DNA from: Synechococcus sp.
Lineage (GTDB): Bacteria; Cyanobacteriota; Cyanobacteriia; PCC-6307; Cyanobiaceae
NCBI GenBank assembly: GCA_047284725.1
Contig: JBJBEO010000001.1
Coordinates: forward strand, 2,168,203-2,232,202
Direction of reading: 5' to 3'
DNA: 64,000 nucleotides
Within the stretch, counting starts at the first letter, position 1. Each line of letters starts with the position of its first letter. This document shows, piece by piece, positions 49,651 to 59,500 of the stretch. A program made the translations under genes and the position numbers. A model generated the notes under the pieces. That model worked only from the letters and a program-made list of their open reading frames with translations, was not told the DNA's origin and did no database searches.

Positions 49651-50253
49651 TCAGCTGCCGGCCTGCTCCAGCAATCCTTTGCTGCTGGGCACCGATCCGG
49701 CCCGGCGGGGATCGATCTCGGTGGCCATCCGCAGGGCCCGAGCAAAGGCCTTGAACGACGCCTCCACGATGTGGTGAGAGTTCACCCCATCGAGCTGGCG
49801 AATGTGCAGGGTGAGGCCTGAGTTATTGGCCACGGCCACAAAAAACTCCTTCACCAACTCGGTGTCATAGCGGCCGATCTTCTGGGCGGGAATCTGCAAG
49901 CCGAAACTGAGATGGGGACGCCCGGAGCAATCAAGCGCCACCTGCACCAACGCCTCATCCAGGGGCGCCACAAAGTGTCCGAAGCGATGGATGCCGCGGC
50001 GATCGCCCAAGGCCTGCGACAAAGCCTGACCCACAGCAATGCCCACGTCCTCATTGGTGTGGTGATCATCGATGTGAGTATCACCGGTGGCCGCGATCTC
50101 AAGATCGATCAACCCGTGGCTGCTGATCTGGTGCAGCATGTGATCCAGAAAAGGCACACCTGTGTCGGCCTTGCACTGGCCTGTGCCATCAAGCACCAAC
50201 GTGACGCGCACATCGGTTTCGCCGGTGATGCGATGCACTTCACCTGTGCGCAT
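49651..50253 (-). CDS. hisB: Imidazoleglycerol-phosphate dehydratase
   Basis: [34 protein letters not shown]. Confidence 0.96.
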   Translation of the reverse strand: MRTGEVHRITGETDVRVTLVLDGTGQCKADTGVPFLDHMLHQISSHGLIDLEIAATGDTHIDDHHTNEDVGIAVGQALSQALGDRRGIHRFGHFVAPLDEALVQVALDCSGRPHLSFGLQIPAQKIGRYDTELVKEFFVAVANNSGLTLHIRQLDGVNSHHIVEASFKAFARALRMATEIDPRRAGSVPSSKGLLEQAGS

Positions 50254-50344
50254 GGGTTACTGGCGCCCGAAGCGCTGACTCAGTCACTACAGACCGATCA
50301 TGCCGAACGGACGCCTCACAACCAGCGGGGAACTGCGACGGCGA

Positions 50345-51127
50345 TCACATGCCGTTGATGCAGTAACCGGAATCCACATAAATCGTCTGACCAGAGATGC
50401 CACTGGCGAGATCACTGAGCAGGAAGGCTGCGGTACCACCCACCTCGGTCTGGGTGACCGTGCGGCGCAGAGGAGCCTTCTCCTCCACGTTGTGGATCAT
50501 GTCGAGAATGCCGCCGATGGCCGAGCTGGCGAGGGTGCGGATCGGGCCAGCGCTGATGGCATTGACCCGCACCTGCTTGTCAGGGCCCAGCTCTGCGGCC
50601 AGGTAGCGCACAGACGCTTCCAGAGCGGCTTTGGCCACACCCATGACGTTGTAATTGGGGATGGCGCGTTCAGCGCCGAGATAGGTGAGGGTCACCACGC
50701 CGGCCTTCTCACTGAAAAGGGGCTTGGCATGGGCACACAACGGTGCCAAGGAATACGCACTGATCTCCAGGGCGCGGGAGAAACCCTCAGCGGTGGTGGC
50801 GCTGTAATCACCAATCAGCTCTTCCTTACCGGCAAAGGCCAGGCAATGCACCAGGCCATCGAGCACCCCCCACTTCTCCTTGATTTGCGCGAACACCGAT
50901 TCCATCTGGGGGGCATCCTGCACGTTCAGGGGCAGAAACAGGCTGGGCTCGAGGGGGGCGGTGAGTTCCCGCACCTTCGCTTCGAAACGCCCCTTGTCGT
51001 CGGGGAGATAGGTGATGCCGAGTTCGGCCCCGGCAGCCTTGAGTTGCTGGGCGATTCCCCAGGCGATCGAGCGGTTGTTGGCAATGCCGGTGACGAGGAT
51101 CTTCTTTCCAGTGAGATCGAGAAGCAT
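50345..51127 (-). CDS. fabI: Enoyl-ACP reductase
   Basis: GIANNRSIAWGIA, YNVMGVAKAALE, NAISAGPIRTLA. Confidence 0.96.
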   Translation of the reverse strand: MLLDLTGKKILVTGIANNRSIAWGIAQQLKAAGAELGITYLPDDKGRFEAKVRELTAPLEPSLFLPLNVQDAPQMESVFAQIKEKWGVLDGLVHCLAFAGKEELIGDYSATTAEGFSRALEISAYSLAPLCAHAKPLFSEKAGVVTLTYLGAERAIPNYNVMGVAKAALEASVRYLAAELGPDKQVRVNAISAGPIRTLASSAIGGILDMIHNVEEKAPLRRTVTQTEVGGTAAFLLSDLASGISGQTIYVDSGYCINGM

Positions 51128-51239
51128 CGAGCCGTTCCCGCGGGGTAACAATTCGGGTGATTCTCCCCCACGCCGCGCTGATTCGCACTTGTGCTGGTCA
51201 AACGACAGAGTGGCAATGACAGACGAGCTCCACTGATCA

Positions 51240-52211
51240 GTGACCCAACAGCCCGTCCCCCCGCCCCTGGCCTGGTCATCGGAGCCTGAGGATCTGCCGC
51301 GGGATTTTGTGAATCGCGAGGCCCTCGATCAGCGATTGAGCCAGCTCTTTCCTGCCGCGACGGGAAGCCTCAGTCCGATCCGCGGCGGACGTGCAGCCGC
51401 AGCACGGCAGCTTCAAGGCCTTGATGCCAGACGTTACGGACGCAGCCGCAACCACCTGAATGGCGCCGTCACAGGTCTCTCCCCCTGGATCCGCCACGGC
51501 GTCCTGACCCTGGCGGAAGTGCGCGATGCGGTGTTCAGTCAGCTTCGGAAGCGCCACCAAGGCCGGGATGACGGCACCAAGCTGATCAACGAGTTGGGTT
51601 GGCGAGATTTCTGGCAACGGATGTGGGGTGACCTTGGCGACGCCATCAACGACAGCCAGGAAGACCTGAAAACCGGCCATGCACCGGACTCATACGCCCG
51701 GGTCCTCCCCGACGACATCCGCACCGGCAGCACCGGTCTGGCCTGCATGGATGGTTTCCAGCAGGAACTGGTGGAAACCGGATGGCTGCACAACCACGCC
51801 CGCATGTGGATGGCGGCCTATGTCGTGCACTGGCGACGCGTTCACTGGAAAGCGGGTGCCGATTGGTTCCTGGAGCACTTGCTCGATGGCGATCCCGCCA
51901 GCAATCACCTCAGCTGGCAGTGGGTGGCCAGCAGCTTCAGCCACAAGCCTTATCTCTTCAACCGCGACAACCTCGAACGCTTCAGCCAAAGCCGCTACTG
52001 CAACGACTGCCACCGCTCTGACGATTGCCCGTTTGCAGGTAGCTACGAACAACTGGAAACCCAGCTATTCGTCCCCCAGGTCGCCATCCGCGATGGGACA
52101 GACAACCGCAACCGCCGCGTCAATGCCCGCTTCAACAACAAGCGCAGTGGAGGCAACGCAGCCATGGCCAGGCCTGCCGGATCCGCCGCCACAGCCCGCC
52201 CCAAACGCTGA
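51240..52211 (+). CDS. Stand-alone photolyase FAD-binding (catalytic) domain, short-photolyase-like
   Basis: TGLSPWIRHG, ELGWRDFW, GWLHNHARMW, LLDGDPASN..SWQW; no N-terminal antenna domain. Confidence 0.85.
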   Translation: MTQQPVPPPLAWSSEPEDLPRDFVNREALDQRLSQLFPAATGSLSPIRGGRAAAARQLQGLDARRYGRSRNHLNGAVTGLSPWIRHGVLTLAEVRDAVFSQLRKRHQGRDDGTKLINELGWRDFWQRMWGDLGDAINDSQEDLKTGHAPDSYARVLPDDIRTGSTGLACMDGFQQELVETGWLHNHARMWMAAYVVHWRRVHWKAGADWFLEHLLDGDPASNHLSWQWVASSFSHKPYLFNRDNLERFSQSRYCNDCHRSDDCPFAGSYEQLETQLFVPQVAIRDGTDNRNRRVNARFNNKRSGGNAAMARPAGSAATARPKR

Positions 52212-52220
52212 CAACGCACG

Positions 52221-52664
52221 ATGTCGTTCCAACGTCCGATCCTGTGGGTGCATGAGGAAGCCCTTGGCCCCCGCAACCCAGCCCTTCTGGCCTGGCCTCA
52301 CACTCCGGCGCTATTTGTCTTCGATGCCAGCTGGATTGACGATGCCCAGATCAGCCGCAAACGCCTCGGCTTCCTGTACGAAAGCGCCCTTGACCTGCCC
52401 CTCACCCTGCGACATGGAGATGTGGCGGCGGAAGTGATCGCCTTCGTCCAGCGCCACAACGCTGATGGTGTGATCAGCAGTGGGCCGGTGGATCCCCGCC
52501 TCCAGCGCATCGCCGCCGCCATCCAGGAGCGCTACCCGCTTGAACTGCTGGAGCCGGACCCCTTTGTCGCCCTTCCCCGTCCACCCCGGCTGGGGCGCTT
52601 CAGTCGCTACTGGCGCGAGGCGGAATCCGTGGTCTGGGAAGGATTCTCAAGCAGTTCCTCCTGA
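52221..52664 (+). CDS. Stand-alone truncated photolyase alpha/beta (antenna-like) domain
   Basis: ILWVHEEAL...NPAL, LFVFD, RKRLGFLYES, RFSRYW; 9 nt downstream of the FAD-domain gene. Confidence 0.75.
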   Translation: MSFQRPILWVHEEALGPRNPALLAWPHTPALFVFDASWIDDAQISRKRLGFLYESALDLPLTLRHGDVAAEVIAFVQRHNADGVISSGPVDPRLQRIAAAIQERYPLELLEPDPFVALPRPPRLGRFSRYWREAESVVWEGFSSSSS

Positions 52665-53176
52665 CGCGCCTGCTCGGCCCCTGGATCCGTCAACAAATGC
52701 CGCTCCTCCACTGCTGGCAGGCGCACAGGCTCAACTTCTGACGGCTGACCCGGAGGAGCCACCCAGGTCCACGTGGCCTGTGGTGCACGGGCAGCACAAA
52801 GGGCCTTGAGCTCTTGCTCCAGCCCCTTCCGCACGTCGTCGCGGGCCACCGCAGCAAAAAACTCCTCACGCGTCGCCACACCGGACGAAAAAGGATGGCT
52901 GCCGTTGCCGTTGAACAGGCGGGCTGGATCGGGGATCCACCTGGGCTGACAACGCTGCGGATCACTGGTGTCGGTTTCCAGATAGATGTGCAGGCCATAG
53001 CCATCGGGTTGATTCACCACCGCCAGACCGTCGTGGAGCTGACGACGCTGCAAGGGGAACACCCTCCAGCTGATGCGCTCTGGATCGGGCGAACCACCGC
53101 AACCGCTGAGGACCAGCAGAACGCCAGCCATCAGGACCGGCGGACAACACGGCAAGCTGATGCTCGGGTGGGCCAC
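52607..53176 (-). CDS. Putative lipoprotein, hypothetical
   Basis: Lipobox-like LLVLSGC then a globular region (HDGLAVVNQPDGYGLHIYLETD); start uncertain. Confidence 0.6.
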   Translation of the reverse strand: MAHPSISLPCCPPVLMAGVLLVLSGCGGSPDPERISWRVFPLQRRQLHDGLAVVNQPDGYGLHIYLETDTSDPQRCQPRWIPDPARLFNGNGSHPFSSGVATREEFFAAVARDDVRKGLEQELKALCAARAPQATWTWVAPPGQPSEVEPVRLPAVEERHLLTDPGAEQARQEELLENPSQTTDSASRQ

Positions 53177-53227
53177 AGCGCAACGCCAACGGTTGAGCCC
53201 ATCCTGTGAACAAATCGCTGTCCTTTC

Positions 53228-53836
53228 ATGGTTCTGACACCGTCCACCATGCTTCCGTTGGCCAGCGAGCTGCCGCCGTTTCACCTGCCTGTGGCGAAAG
53301 GGACGGGCCAGGGTGGAGCCATCGACAGCAGCTCGCTGCCGCAACAGCCTGTGCTGCTGATGCTGCTGTGCAGCCATTGCCCGTTCGTGAAGCACATTGA
53401 ATCGGAACTGAGCAGCCTCGACCACGACTACGGCGACCGGGTCACCCTGCTGGGGGTAGCCAGCAACAGTTGGATCACCCATCCCCAGGACGGCCCCGAA
53501 GCACTCGCGGCTCAGGCTGAGCGGCGAGGCTGGCGCTTTCCCTACCTGCTCGACCAGGAGCAGACCCTGGCCAAGGCACTCCAGGCCGCCTGCACCCCGG
53601 AGTTCTATTTATTCGCCCATGATCAAAGCGCAGGAACACAGACCCTGCGTTACCGCGGCCAGCTGGACAGCAGCCGACCGGGCAATGGCCAGCCCGTCAC
53701 GGGAGTGGACCTGCGCACCGCCCTCGATGCCGTGCTGACAGACCTCGCCGTCAGTGCTCACCAGCAGGCCTCGATCGGTTGCAACATCAAATGGCATCCA
53801 GGCCAGGAACCGCAGTGGTTTGAAGGGACGGCTTAA
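53228..53836 (+). CDS. Thioredoxin-fold/AhpC-TSA-like protein
   Basis: CSHCPFV, FPYLLD, AACTPEF, YRGQLD, SIGCNIKW. Confidence 0.9.
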   Translation: MVLTPSTMLPLASELPPFHLPVAKGTGQGGAIDSSSLPQQPVLLMLLCSHCPFVKHIESELSSLDHDYGDRVTLLGVASNSWITHPQDGPEALAAQAERRGWRFPYLLDQEQTLAKALQAACTPEFYLFAHDQSAGTQTLRYRGQLDSSRPGNGQPVTGVDLRTALDAVLTDLAVSAHQQASIGCNIKWHPGQEPQWFEGTA

Positions 53837-53846
53837 GGTTTGTCGC

Positions 53847-55061
53847 ATGCAGGTGCCACCCTTCAGTCTCAGTCAGCAGCTCACCGATCTGGGACCTGAG
53901 CTGGAAGATGCCGTCCTGCGGGTGCTGCGCAGCGGTCAGTACATCGGTGGATCCGACATCCAGCGCTTTGAGCAGACGTTTGCAGCCAGTGTCGATTGCC
54001 CCCATGCCGTGGGCTGCAACAGCGGCACCGATGCTCTGATCCTGGCCCTGCGCGGGCTCGGCATTGGGCCCGGCGATGACGTGATCACCGCCTCCTTCAG
54101 TTTTTTCGCCACCGCCGAAGCGATCAGTGCCGTCGGGGCCACGCCGGTGTTTGTGGATGTGGATCCCGCCACCTATCTGATCGATCTCACGCTGATCGAA
54201 GCGGCGATCACTCCGAGCACCAAAGCGCTGATCCCCGTGCACCTGTTCGGTCGCCCGGTGGATATGGACGCCGTGATGGCGATCGCCAGGCGCCATGACC
54301 TCAAGGTGGTGGAAGACTGCGCCCAGGCCACTGGAGCCCGTTGGAGCGGCAAAGCTGTGGGCAGCTGGGGGGATGTGGGCTGCTTCAGCTTCTTCCCCAC
54401 TAAAAATCTCGGGGGAGCCGGCGATGGCGGTGCCGTCACCTGTCACGACGAGGCTCTCGCGCAGAGCATGCGGGAGCTAGCTGTGCATGGCATGCCAAGG
54501 CGCTATCTGCACACCGAGCTGGGCTACAACAGCCGACTTGATTCCCTGCAGGCAGCGGTTCTCAACGTGAAGCTGCCTCGCCTCAATGGCTGGGTTGAAC
54601 GACGCAAGGCCATTGCAGCCCGTTATCTCGAAGCGCTAGGAAATCTGCCGGGACTTCTTCTGCCTGACCCGGGCTCTGAAACCGCAGTGGGGCATGGCTG
54701 GAATCAGTTTGTGGTGCGCGTGCAGCGCTGTGCAAACGAGCAAGCCAGCTGCTCGGGCAGCTGCCCTGACACTCCCAGCGAGTTTGGTTTGCCCAGCAGC
54801 CGATGCCGCGACTGGCTCAAGCAGAGCCTTCAAGACCAGGGTGTGAACACGATCATTTACTACCCGATTCCGATTCATCGCCAGCCGGCCTACGCCGACC
54901 TGTCTCCATCACCTGAGCGCCTCCCGATCACGGAACAACTCTGCAGCGAAGTGCTCAGTCTGCCGATCTTCCCGGAACTCACGAGCAAACAACAGGAACG
55001 CGTCATTGACGTGCTGACAGCCTTGCTCGCTCCCAACGCTCAGGAACGGATGGTGGCGTAG
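53847..55061 (+). CDS. DegT/DnrJ/EryC1/StrS sugar aminotransferase
   Basis: NSGTDAL, PVHLFG, EDCAQA, FSFFPTKNLG (PLP Lys), GYNSRLD, LSLPIFP. Confidence 0.93.
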   Translation: MQVPPFSLSQQLTDLGPELEDAVLRVLRSGQYIGGSDIQRFEQTFAASVDCPHAVGCNSGTDALILALRGLGIGPGDDVITASFSFFATAEAISAVGATPVFVDVDPATYLIDLTLIEAAITPSTKALIPVHLFGRPVDMDAVMAIARRHDLKVVEDCAQATGARWSGKAVGSWGDVGCFSFFPTKNLGGAGDGGAVTCHDEALAQSMRELAVHGMPRRYLHTELGYNSRLDSLQAAVLNVKLPRLNGWVERRKAIAARYLEALGNLPGLLLPDPGSETAVGHGWNQFVVRVQRCANEQASCSGSCPDTPSEFGLPSSRCRDWLKQSLQDQGVNTIIYYPIPIHRQPAYADLSPSPERLPITEQLCSEVLSLPIFPELTSKQQERVIDVLTALLAPNAQERMVA

Positions 55062-56518
55062 AGGGCCTTGAAACGCGCCTGCTGAATTTTGTGATTCACC
55101 AGCGGTTCGGGGTAACCACGCCGCTCCAACGCAGGAATCTCTCCACTGAGCAGATCCCTTGTGGTGACATGGCGCAACTCCGTCACCCAGCAGCGGATGT
55201 ACTCAGCTTCGGCATCAAATTTCGAGGCCTGGGTGGCAGGGTTGAAAATCCTCAGGGGCTTGGGGTCCATTCCGCTACTGGCGCTCCACTGCCAGCCACC
55301 ATTGTTCGCAGCCAGATCTCCATCCACTTCCAGTTGCATGAAGGCGCGCTCTCCCCAGCGCCAGTCGCAGATCAGATCCTTCACCAAATACGACGCCACG
55401 ATCATGCGGCAACGGTTGTGCATCCAACCGGTTTCGTTCAGCTGGCGCATCGCGGCATCAATGATCGGCATGCCGGTCTGACCGTGTTTCCAGGCAACAA
55501 ACCAGTCTTCGTTGTTCTCCCAGGGGAAGCGGCGCCACTGCTCGCGGTATGGCCCGTCCGCCAGCTCGGGGAAATGAAACAGCGCCTGCTGATAAAACTC
55601 GCGCCAGCCCAGCTCCTGTTCCCACACCGTGATCGCCTGGCACTGCTCATCGCTGCGTGTGATCGCTTTCATTGCCTGGGCAGCACACCAGGCCTGACGT
55701 GGGCTCAACGTGCCCACACTCAGGGCAGCACTGAGGTAAGAGGTGCCCACCACGCCAGGGAAATTGCGGTCGGGCTCATAGGCCAAAAGTGGACCGTCCA
55801 CAAAGGTGGCCAACTGCTCGGCCGCCGCGGCCTCCCCAGGCCGGCACGGGCAACGCTCGGTGCCACGGAAACCATGCTCAGCCTGCAGGCGTTCCAGTTC
55901 GCGCTGGCCCTCAACGCAGAGGCCACCCAGGGCACCTTCACCGCTGCTGATGGCTTCAAGCGCTGCAGCCTCCAGGTCCAGCAAGCCGCCCGGAGCGTCA
56001 ACGGTGTTCGGCGCACTGCGTTCCACCTGTCCGCGCCAATTGCGCAGAAATGGGCCGTACACCCGGTAAGGATCGCCAGCACCGGTTTTCAGCCGTTCGG
56101 GGGCCACCAGAAGCTGATCCCAATCCACCAACACCCTGCGGCCATCGGACTGCAAGGCCTTGGCCACCGCCCGATCGCGCTCGCGGGCATGGGGCTCAAC
56201 ATCACGACTCCACACCACCGCAGGCACCTCCAGCAGCGACGCCAACTGCGGCAACACCGCCACGGGGTCACCTGCCACCACCAGCAAACGGCTGCCGGCC
56301 TGACGCCAGCGCTGCTGCAGTTCGAGCACGCTCTCCACCAGAAACCACAACCGAGCCGGCGCCATCGGCGGCAGATGCTCTGGAGGCGTGATGATCGCCG
56401 GATCGAGCACGTACACCCCCGTCACAGCCGGACCGAGGGCAACAGCAGACTGCAAACCGGTGTTATCAGCCAGGCGCAGGTCGCGGCGATGCCAGAAGAG
56501 AGTGCGAGCGGGTGCCAT
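55040..56518 (-). CDS. phrA: Full-length deoxyribodipyrimidine (CPD) photolyase
   Basis: WHRRDLRLADN, YRVYGPF, TSYLS, ELGWREFY, GQTGMPIIDAAMRQL, GWMHNRCRM, DGDLAANNGGWQW, RIFNP. Confidence 0.93.
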   Translation of the reverse strand: MAPARTLFWHRRDLRLADNTGLQSAVALGPAVTGVYVLDPAIITPPEHLPPMAPARLWFLVESVLELQQRWRQAGSRLLVVAGDPVAVLPQLASLLEVPAVVWSRDVEPHARERDRAVAKALQSDGRRVLVDWDQLLVAPERLKTGAGDPYRVYGPFLRNWRGQVERSAPNTVDAPGGLLDLEAAALEAISSGEGALGGLCVEGQRELERLQAEHGFRGTERCPCRPGEAAAAEQLATFVDGPLLAYEPDRNFPGVVGTSYLSAALSVGTLSPRQAWCAAQAMKAITRSDEQCQAITVWEQELGWREFYQQALFHFPELADGPYREQWRRFPWENNEDWFVAWKHGQTGMPIIDAAMRQLNETGWMHNRCRMIVASYLVKDLICDWRWGERAFMQLEVDGDLAANNGGWQWSASSGMDPKPLRIFNPATQASKFDAEAEYIRCWVTELRHVTTRDLLSGEIPALERRGYPEPLVNHKIQQARFKALYATIRS

Positions 56519-56561
56519 CACGCAGGGAATTACAAGACAAAAATGCGAGTGAAGGGGCCCT

Positions 56562-57122
56562 TCAGAGACCAAGCAGCTGCTTGGCACGGAACCAAGCCGT
56601 CACGCTCTTGCCATCCAGCCACTCGTCACCAGACGCCAGACGGGCATCAAGGTCGGCAGGACTCATCTGCACCACCTCGAGGTCTTCGTCCTCGTCGCCG
56701 GCCGGTGGGTTCTCAAGCGGGGTGAGCTCCCGGGCCAGGAAGCAATGAATCACTTCATCGGAGTAGCCGGGGCAGGGAAGCATCGGCCCCAGCCCATCCC
56801 AGCGAGCGGCGCTGTAGCCCGCCTCTTCACCCAGCTCACGTTGCATCGACTCAAGCGGATCTTCACCCTCTTCGAGAGTGCCTGCTGGGAATTCGAGCAA
56901 CCGGGCCTGCACGGCAAAGCGGTACTGACGCAGCAACACCACTTGGCCGTCGTCGGTGATCGGCACCGCCAGGGAGGCGCCGGGATGGCGAATGATGCCG
57001 AAGGTGCCCTCGACCCCCATGGGCAGCTTCAGGCGGTTGCGCTCGAAACGAATCTTGCGCACATCCATGCACTCGAGGGTCTCCAACAACTGAGACGGCT
57101 CGGGGGACGGCAGAGGAGCCAT
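56562..57122 (-). CDS. NUDIX hydrolase (ADP-ribose pyrophosphatase-like)
   Basis: RQYRFAV, EFPAGTLEEGE..SMQRELGEEAG Nudix box, PGYSDE, DGKS. Confidence 0.9.
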   Translation of the reverse strand: MAPLPSPEPSQLLETLECMDVRKIRFERNRLKLPMGVEGTFGIIRHPGASLAVPITDDGQVVLLRQYRFAVQARLLEFPAGTLEEGEDPLESMQRELGEEAGYSAARWDGLGPMLPCPGYSDEVIHCFLARELTPLENPPAGDEDEDLEVVQMSPADLDARLASGDEWLDGKSVTAWFRAKQLLGL

Positions 57123-57170
57123 GGCGCGCAAGGCAGCGATGGGGCCCAGCATGGCGGGTGAAGGGCAGGA

Positions 57171-58916
57171 TTGTTCCGCTCGCCGGCTGCTCCCTTGAAG
57201 GCATCACCGCTGACGTCGCCACCGCCGCGGCTTCTCCCCCGCCAACAACAAATCCAGCTGCTCAGAGCCCTGGCCAAAGAAGCCGGCTGGCGCCATCTGG
57301 CGCTGCTCAGCCTGCTCAGCGCCATCAGCAGCCTGCTGGACATCGCCGGACTCGGGCTCGCCGTGAGTCTGCTGCTGGGAACCGGCCGAGAGACAGCGTC
57401 ACCATTCCCGCTGCTGAACAGGCTGCCTCTCAGCGCCAGCCTCGGACTGCTGGTTGCCCTGATCCTGATGCGGGGGCTGATCCAGGCCCGGGTCGACATC
57501 GGCCGCGAACGACTGCGCTCAGGTTTCACCGACCGGCTGCGGCAACAGCTGCTCCATCGGGTCTTCGCCGCCTCATCCGCCCAGCTCGAGCGCATCGGTC
57601 GAGGCGATTTGCTTGCCCTGCTGATGGTCGACATCAACCGCACCGCCCTCGGGCTGGATCAGGCGGTGCGCATGGGTCAGGCTCTGTTGGCGATGACGAT
57701 CTATCTCGGCAGCGTGCTGGTGGTAGGGAGGATCGCAGCATGGCCGCTGTTGCTGGCCCTGGTCGCCACCGCCACGGCCGCCCTGATGCAGCGCTCAGGC
57801 AGCTGGAGCCTGGGTCGCATCCAGAGCCGGCTGAATGCAGCCCTGCAGCGCACGGTTGGGGATGGTCTGCATGGCCTCAAAGCCGTGCGAGCTGCAGCCG
57901 CTGAACCCTGGCTGCTGAAGCGGTTTGCCGAGGAAACCGCCGAAGGCCGCTGGTTACTGCGTGAGCGCGTTCGCCGCCGAGCTGGCTACAACGCCTGGCG
58001 CGACACCCTGGTGGTGGCCATTGCCGGCCTGTGGATGGTGCTGCAGAGTGATCGCCTCACGGCTGACGTGCTGACCACCACCTTGGTGCTGGCCTATCGC
58101 GCCGGGGCCTCGCTGAGTCGTGTGGTGCAGGCCCGGCGCCTGTGCCTAGGCAACCTTCCCGGCTATGAAGCCCTGCGCAACAGACGCCATCAACTGCAGG
58201 CGCACCATGCCCAGCCCCGGGGCGATGCCCTGCCGGCTACAGCCGCACCAAGCCTAAACACCACGGCCTGGAGCCAGCTCGTCTGGCACAGCACCAACGA
58301 CCAAGCAGCGCAGCCCGACACGGTCACACTGACCTCAAACCATCTCGTGGCGATCACCGGCCCCTCCGGCAGCGGCAAGACCAGTTGCCTCGATCGGCTG
58401 TGCGGTCTGCTCGAGGAAGATCCCAGCCACTGGAGCATCCGCTGCGGCGCTGATCACTGGACCTGCTCCGGCCTGAACGGGGCACAGCAGCTGCACCAAT
58501 GGGTTGCCTACGCTCCCCAAAATGCCGTGCTGTTCGAAGCCAGCCTGCGCGACAACCTCCTCCTGGGAGGCGTTGCACCTCCAGGCACCATCACCGCCTG
58601 GCTTCAGCGTCTGGGCCTGGCCCATCTGATGGAACGACAAGGTGGTCTGGAGGCGCCAATGGTCCTGGCACAGGATCCTTTCTCAGGGGGCGAGATCCAC
58701 CGGCTCGGGCTGCTGCGCGCCTGGCTGCGAGATCGGCCGGTGGAAGTGCTCGATGAACCCACGGCATTTCTGGATGCCAATGCCGCGGCCGAGGTGCGGG
58801 CGGTGATCCACGAACGGGCTCAGCAGCGACTGGTCCTGGTCAGCAGTCACGATCCAGACCTGCTGGCCCAGGCCGATGAGGTGATCATGCTGCCCACGCC
58901 GACGACGTCCTCATAG
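57171..58916 (+). CDS. ABC exporter-type half transporter (fused TMD and NBD)
   Basis: Hydrophobic N-terminal half; Walker A GPSGSGKT, Q-loop APQN, signature FSGGE, Walker B VLDEPT, H-loop SSHD; start uncertain. Confidence 0.82.
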   Translation: MFRSPAAPLKASPLTSPPPRLLPRQQQIQLLRALAKEAGWRHLALLSLLSAISSLLDIAGLGLAVSLLLGTGRETASPFPLLNRLPLSASLGLLVALILMRGLIQARVDIGRERLRSGFTDRLRQQLLHRVFAASSAQLERIGRGDLLALLMVDINRTALGLDQAVRMGQALLAMTIYLGSVLVVGRIAAWPLLLALVATATAALMQRSGSWSLGRIQSRLNAALQRTVGDGLHGLKAVRAAAAEPWLLKRFAEETAEGRWLLRERVRRRAGYNAWRDTLVVAIAGLWMVLQSDRLTADVLTTTLVLAYRAGASLSRVVQARRLCLGNLPGYEALRNRRHQLQAHHAQPRGDALPATAAPSLNTTAWSQLVWHSTNDQAAQPDTVTLTSNHLVAITGPSGSGKTSCLDRLCGLLEEDPSHWSIRCGADHWTCSGLNGAQQLHQWVAYAPQNAVLFEASLRDNLLLGGVAPPGTITAWLQRLGLAHLMERQGGLEAPMVLAQDPFSGGEIHRLGLLRAWLRDRPVEVLDEPTAFLDANAAAEVRAVIHERAQQRLVLVSSHDPDLLAQADEVIMLPTPTTSS

Positions 58917-59409
58917 CGGCCAACAAGGGCTCCAGCACAAACGTGCGCAGGTGCAAGCGGGGATGGGGCAGCACCAGGCGGGGATGCTCAAGACGCAACG
59001 CCTCCCAGAAAAGGACATCAAGATCCAACGTGCGCGGTCCCCAGCGCTGTTCGTGAGCCCGATCACGACCCCACTGACGTTCCAGACCATGCAGCTGCTC
59101 CAGCAACGCCAGCGAGCGGTCGGCGCCAGGGGCTCCAAAGTCACCCGTCGCCAGCACCACGGCATTGCAATAACCCGGCTGATCTGGCGGACCGCCAACG
59201 GGTGCAGTGTCGAACAGGGGCGACCAGGCGTATCTGACCCCTGGATCGCGGCCATCACCCGCTCCCGTGATGCCATCAAAGCCAGCATCCGCCCAAGCAG
59301 CTAACAGAGCCTCCAGCCGCGGCCGCACCGCCACCAGCGTCTGACGTGGGCCACCCGCAGGACTTGGCAGGTTGGCGCCGAGGGCAAGGGCCAAACGGGT
59401 GGCGGGCAT
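58885..59409 (-). CDS. folK: 2-amino-4-hydroxy-6-hydroxymethyldihydropteridine pyrophosphokinase
   Basis: [30 protein letters not shown]. Confidence 0.94.
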   Translation of the reverse strand: MPATRLALALGANLPSPAGGPRQTLVAVRPRLEALLAAWADAGFDGITGAGDGRDPGVRYAWSPLFDTAPVGGPPDQPGYCNAVVLATGDFGAPGADRSLALLEQLHGLERQWGRDRAHEQRWGPRTLDLDVLFWEALRLEHPRLVLPHPRLHLRTFVLEPLLAAMRTSSAWAA

Positions 59410-59500
59410 CCGCGCATTGCAAGCACTGCCCAAGCCTGATTCAGCACCCACCGCTGTGCATCAGGGAGAATGGCGCCCACGAACAGGGCGTAACACATCG

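Noticed and set aside
51240..52664. Possible photolyase pseudogene broken into two pieces
   Set aside because: Domain order is inverted relative to canonical photolyases, and both ORFs have intact motifs with their own start and stop.
613..54286. HIP1 octamer GCGATCGC seen at least nine times (613, 691, 7204, 15591, 20184, 35081, 45308, 49999, 54279)
   Set aside because: Sparse and counted by eye only; may simply reflect general GATC abundance. A Markov-corrected count would be needed to claim enrichment.
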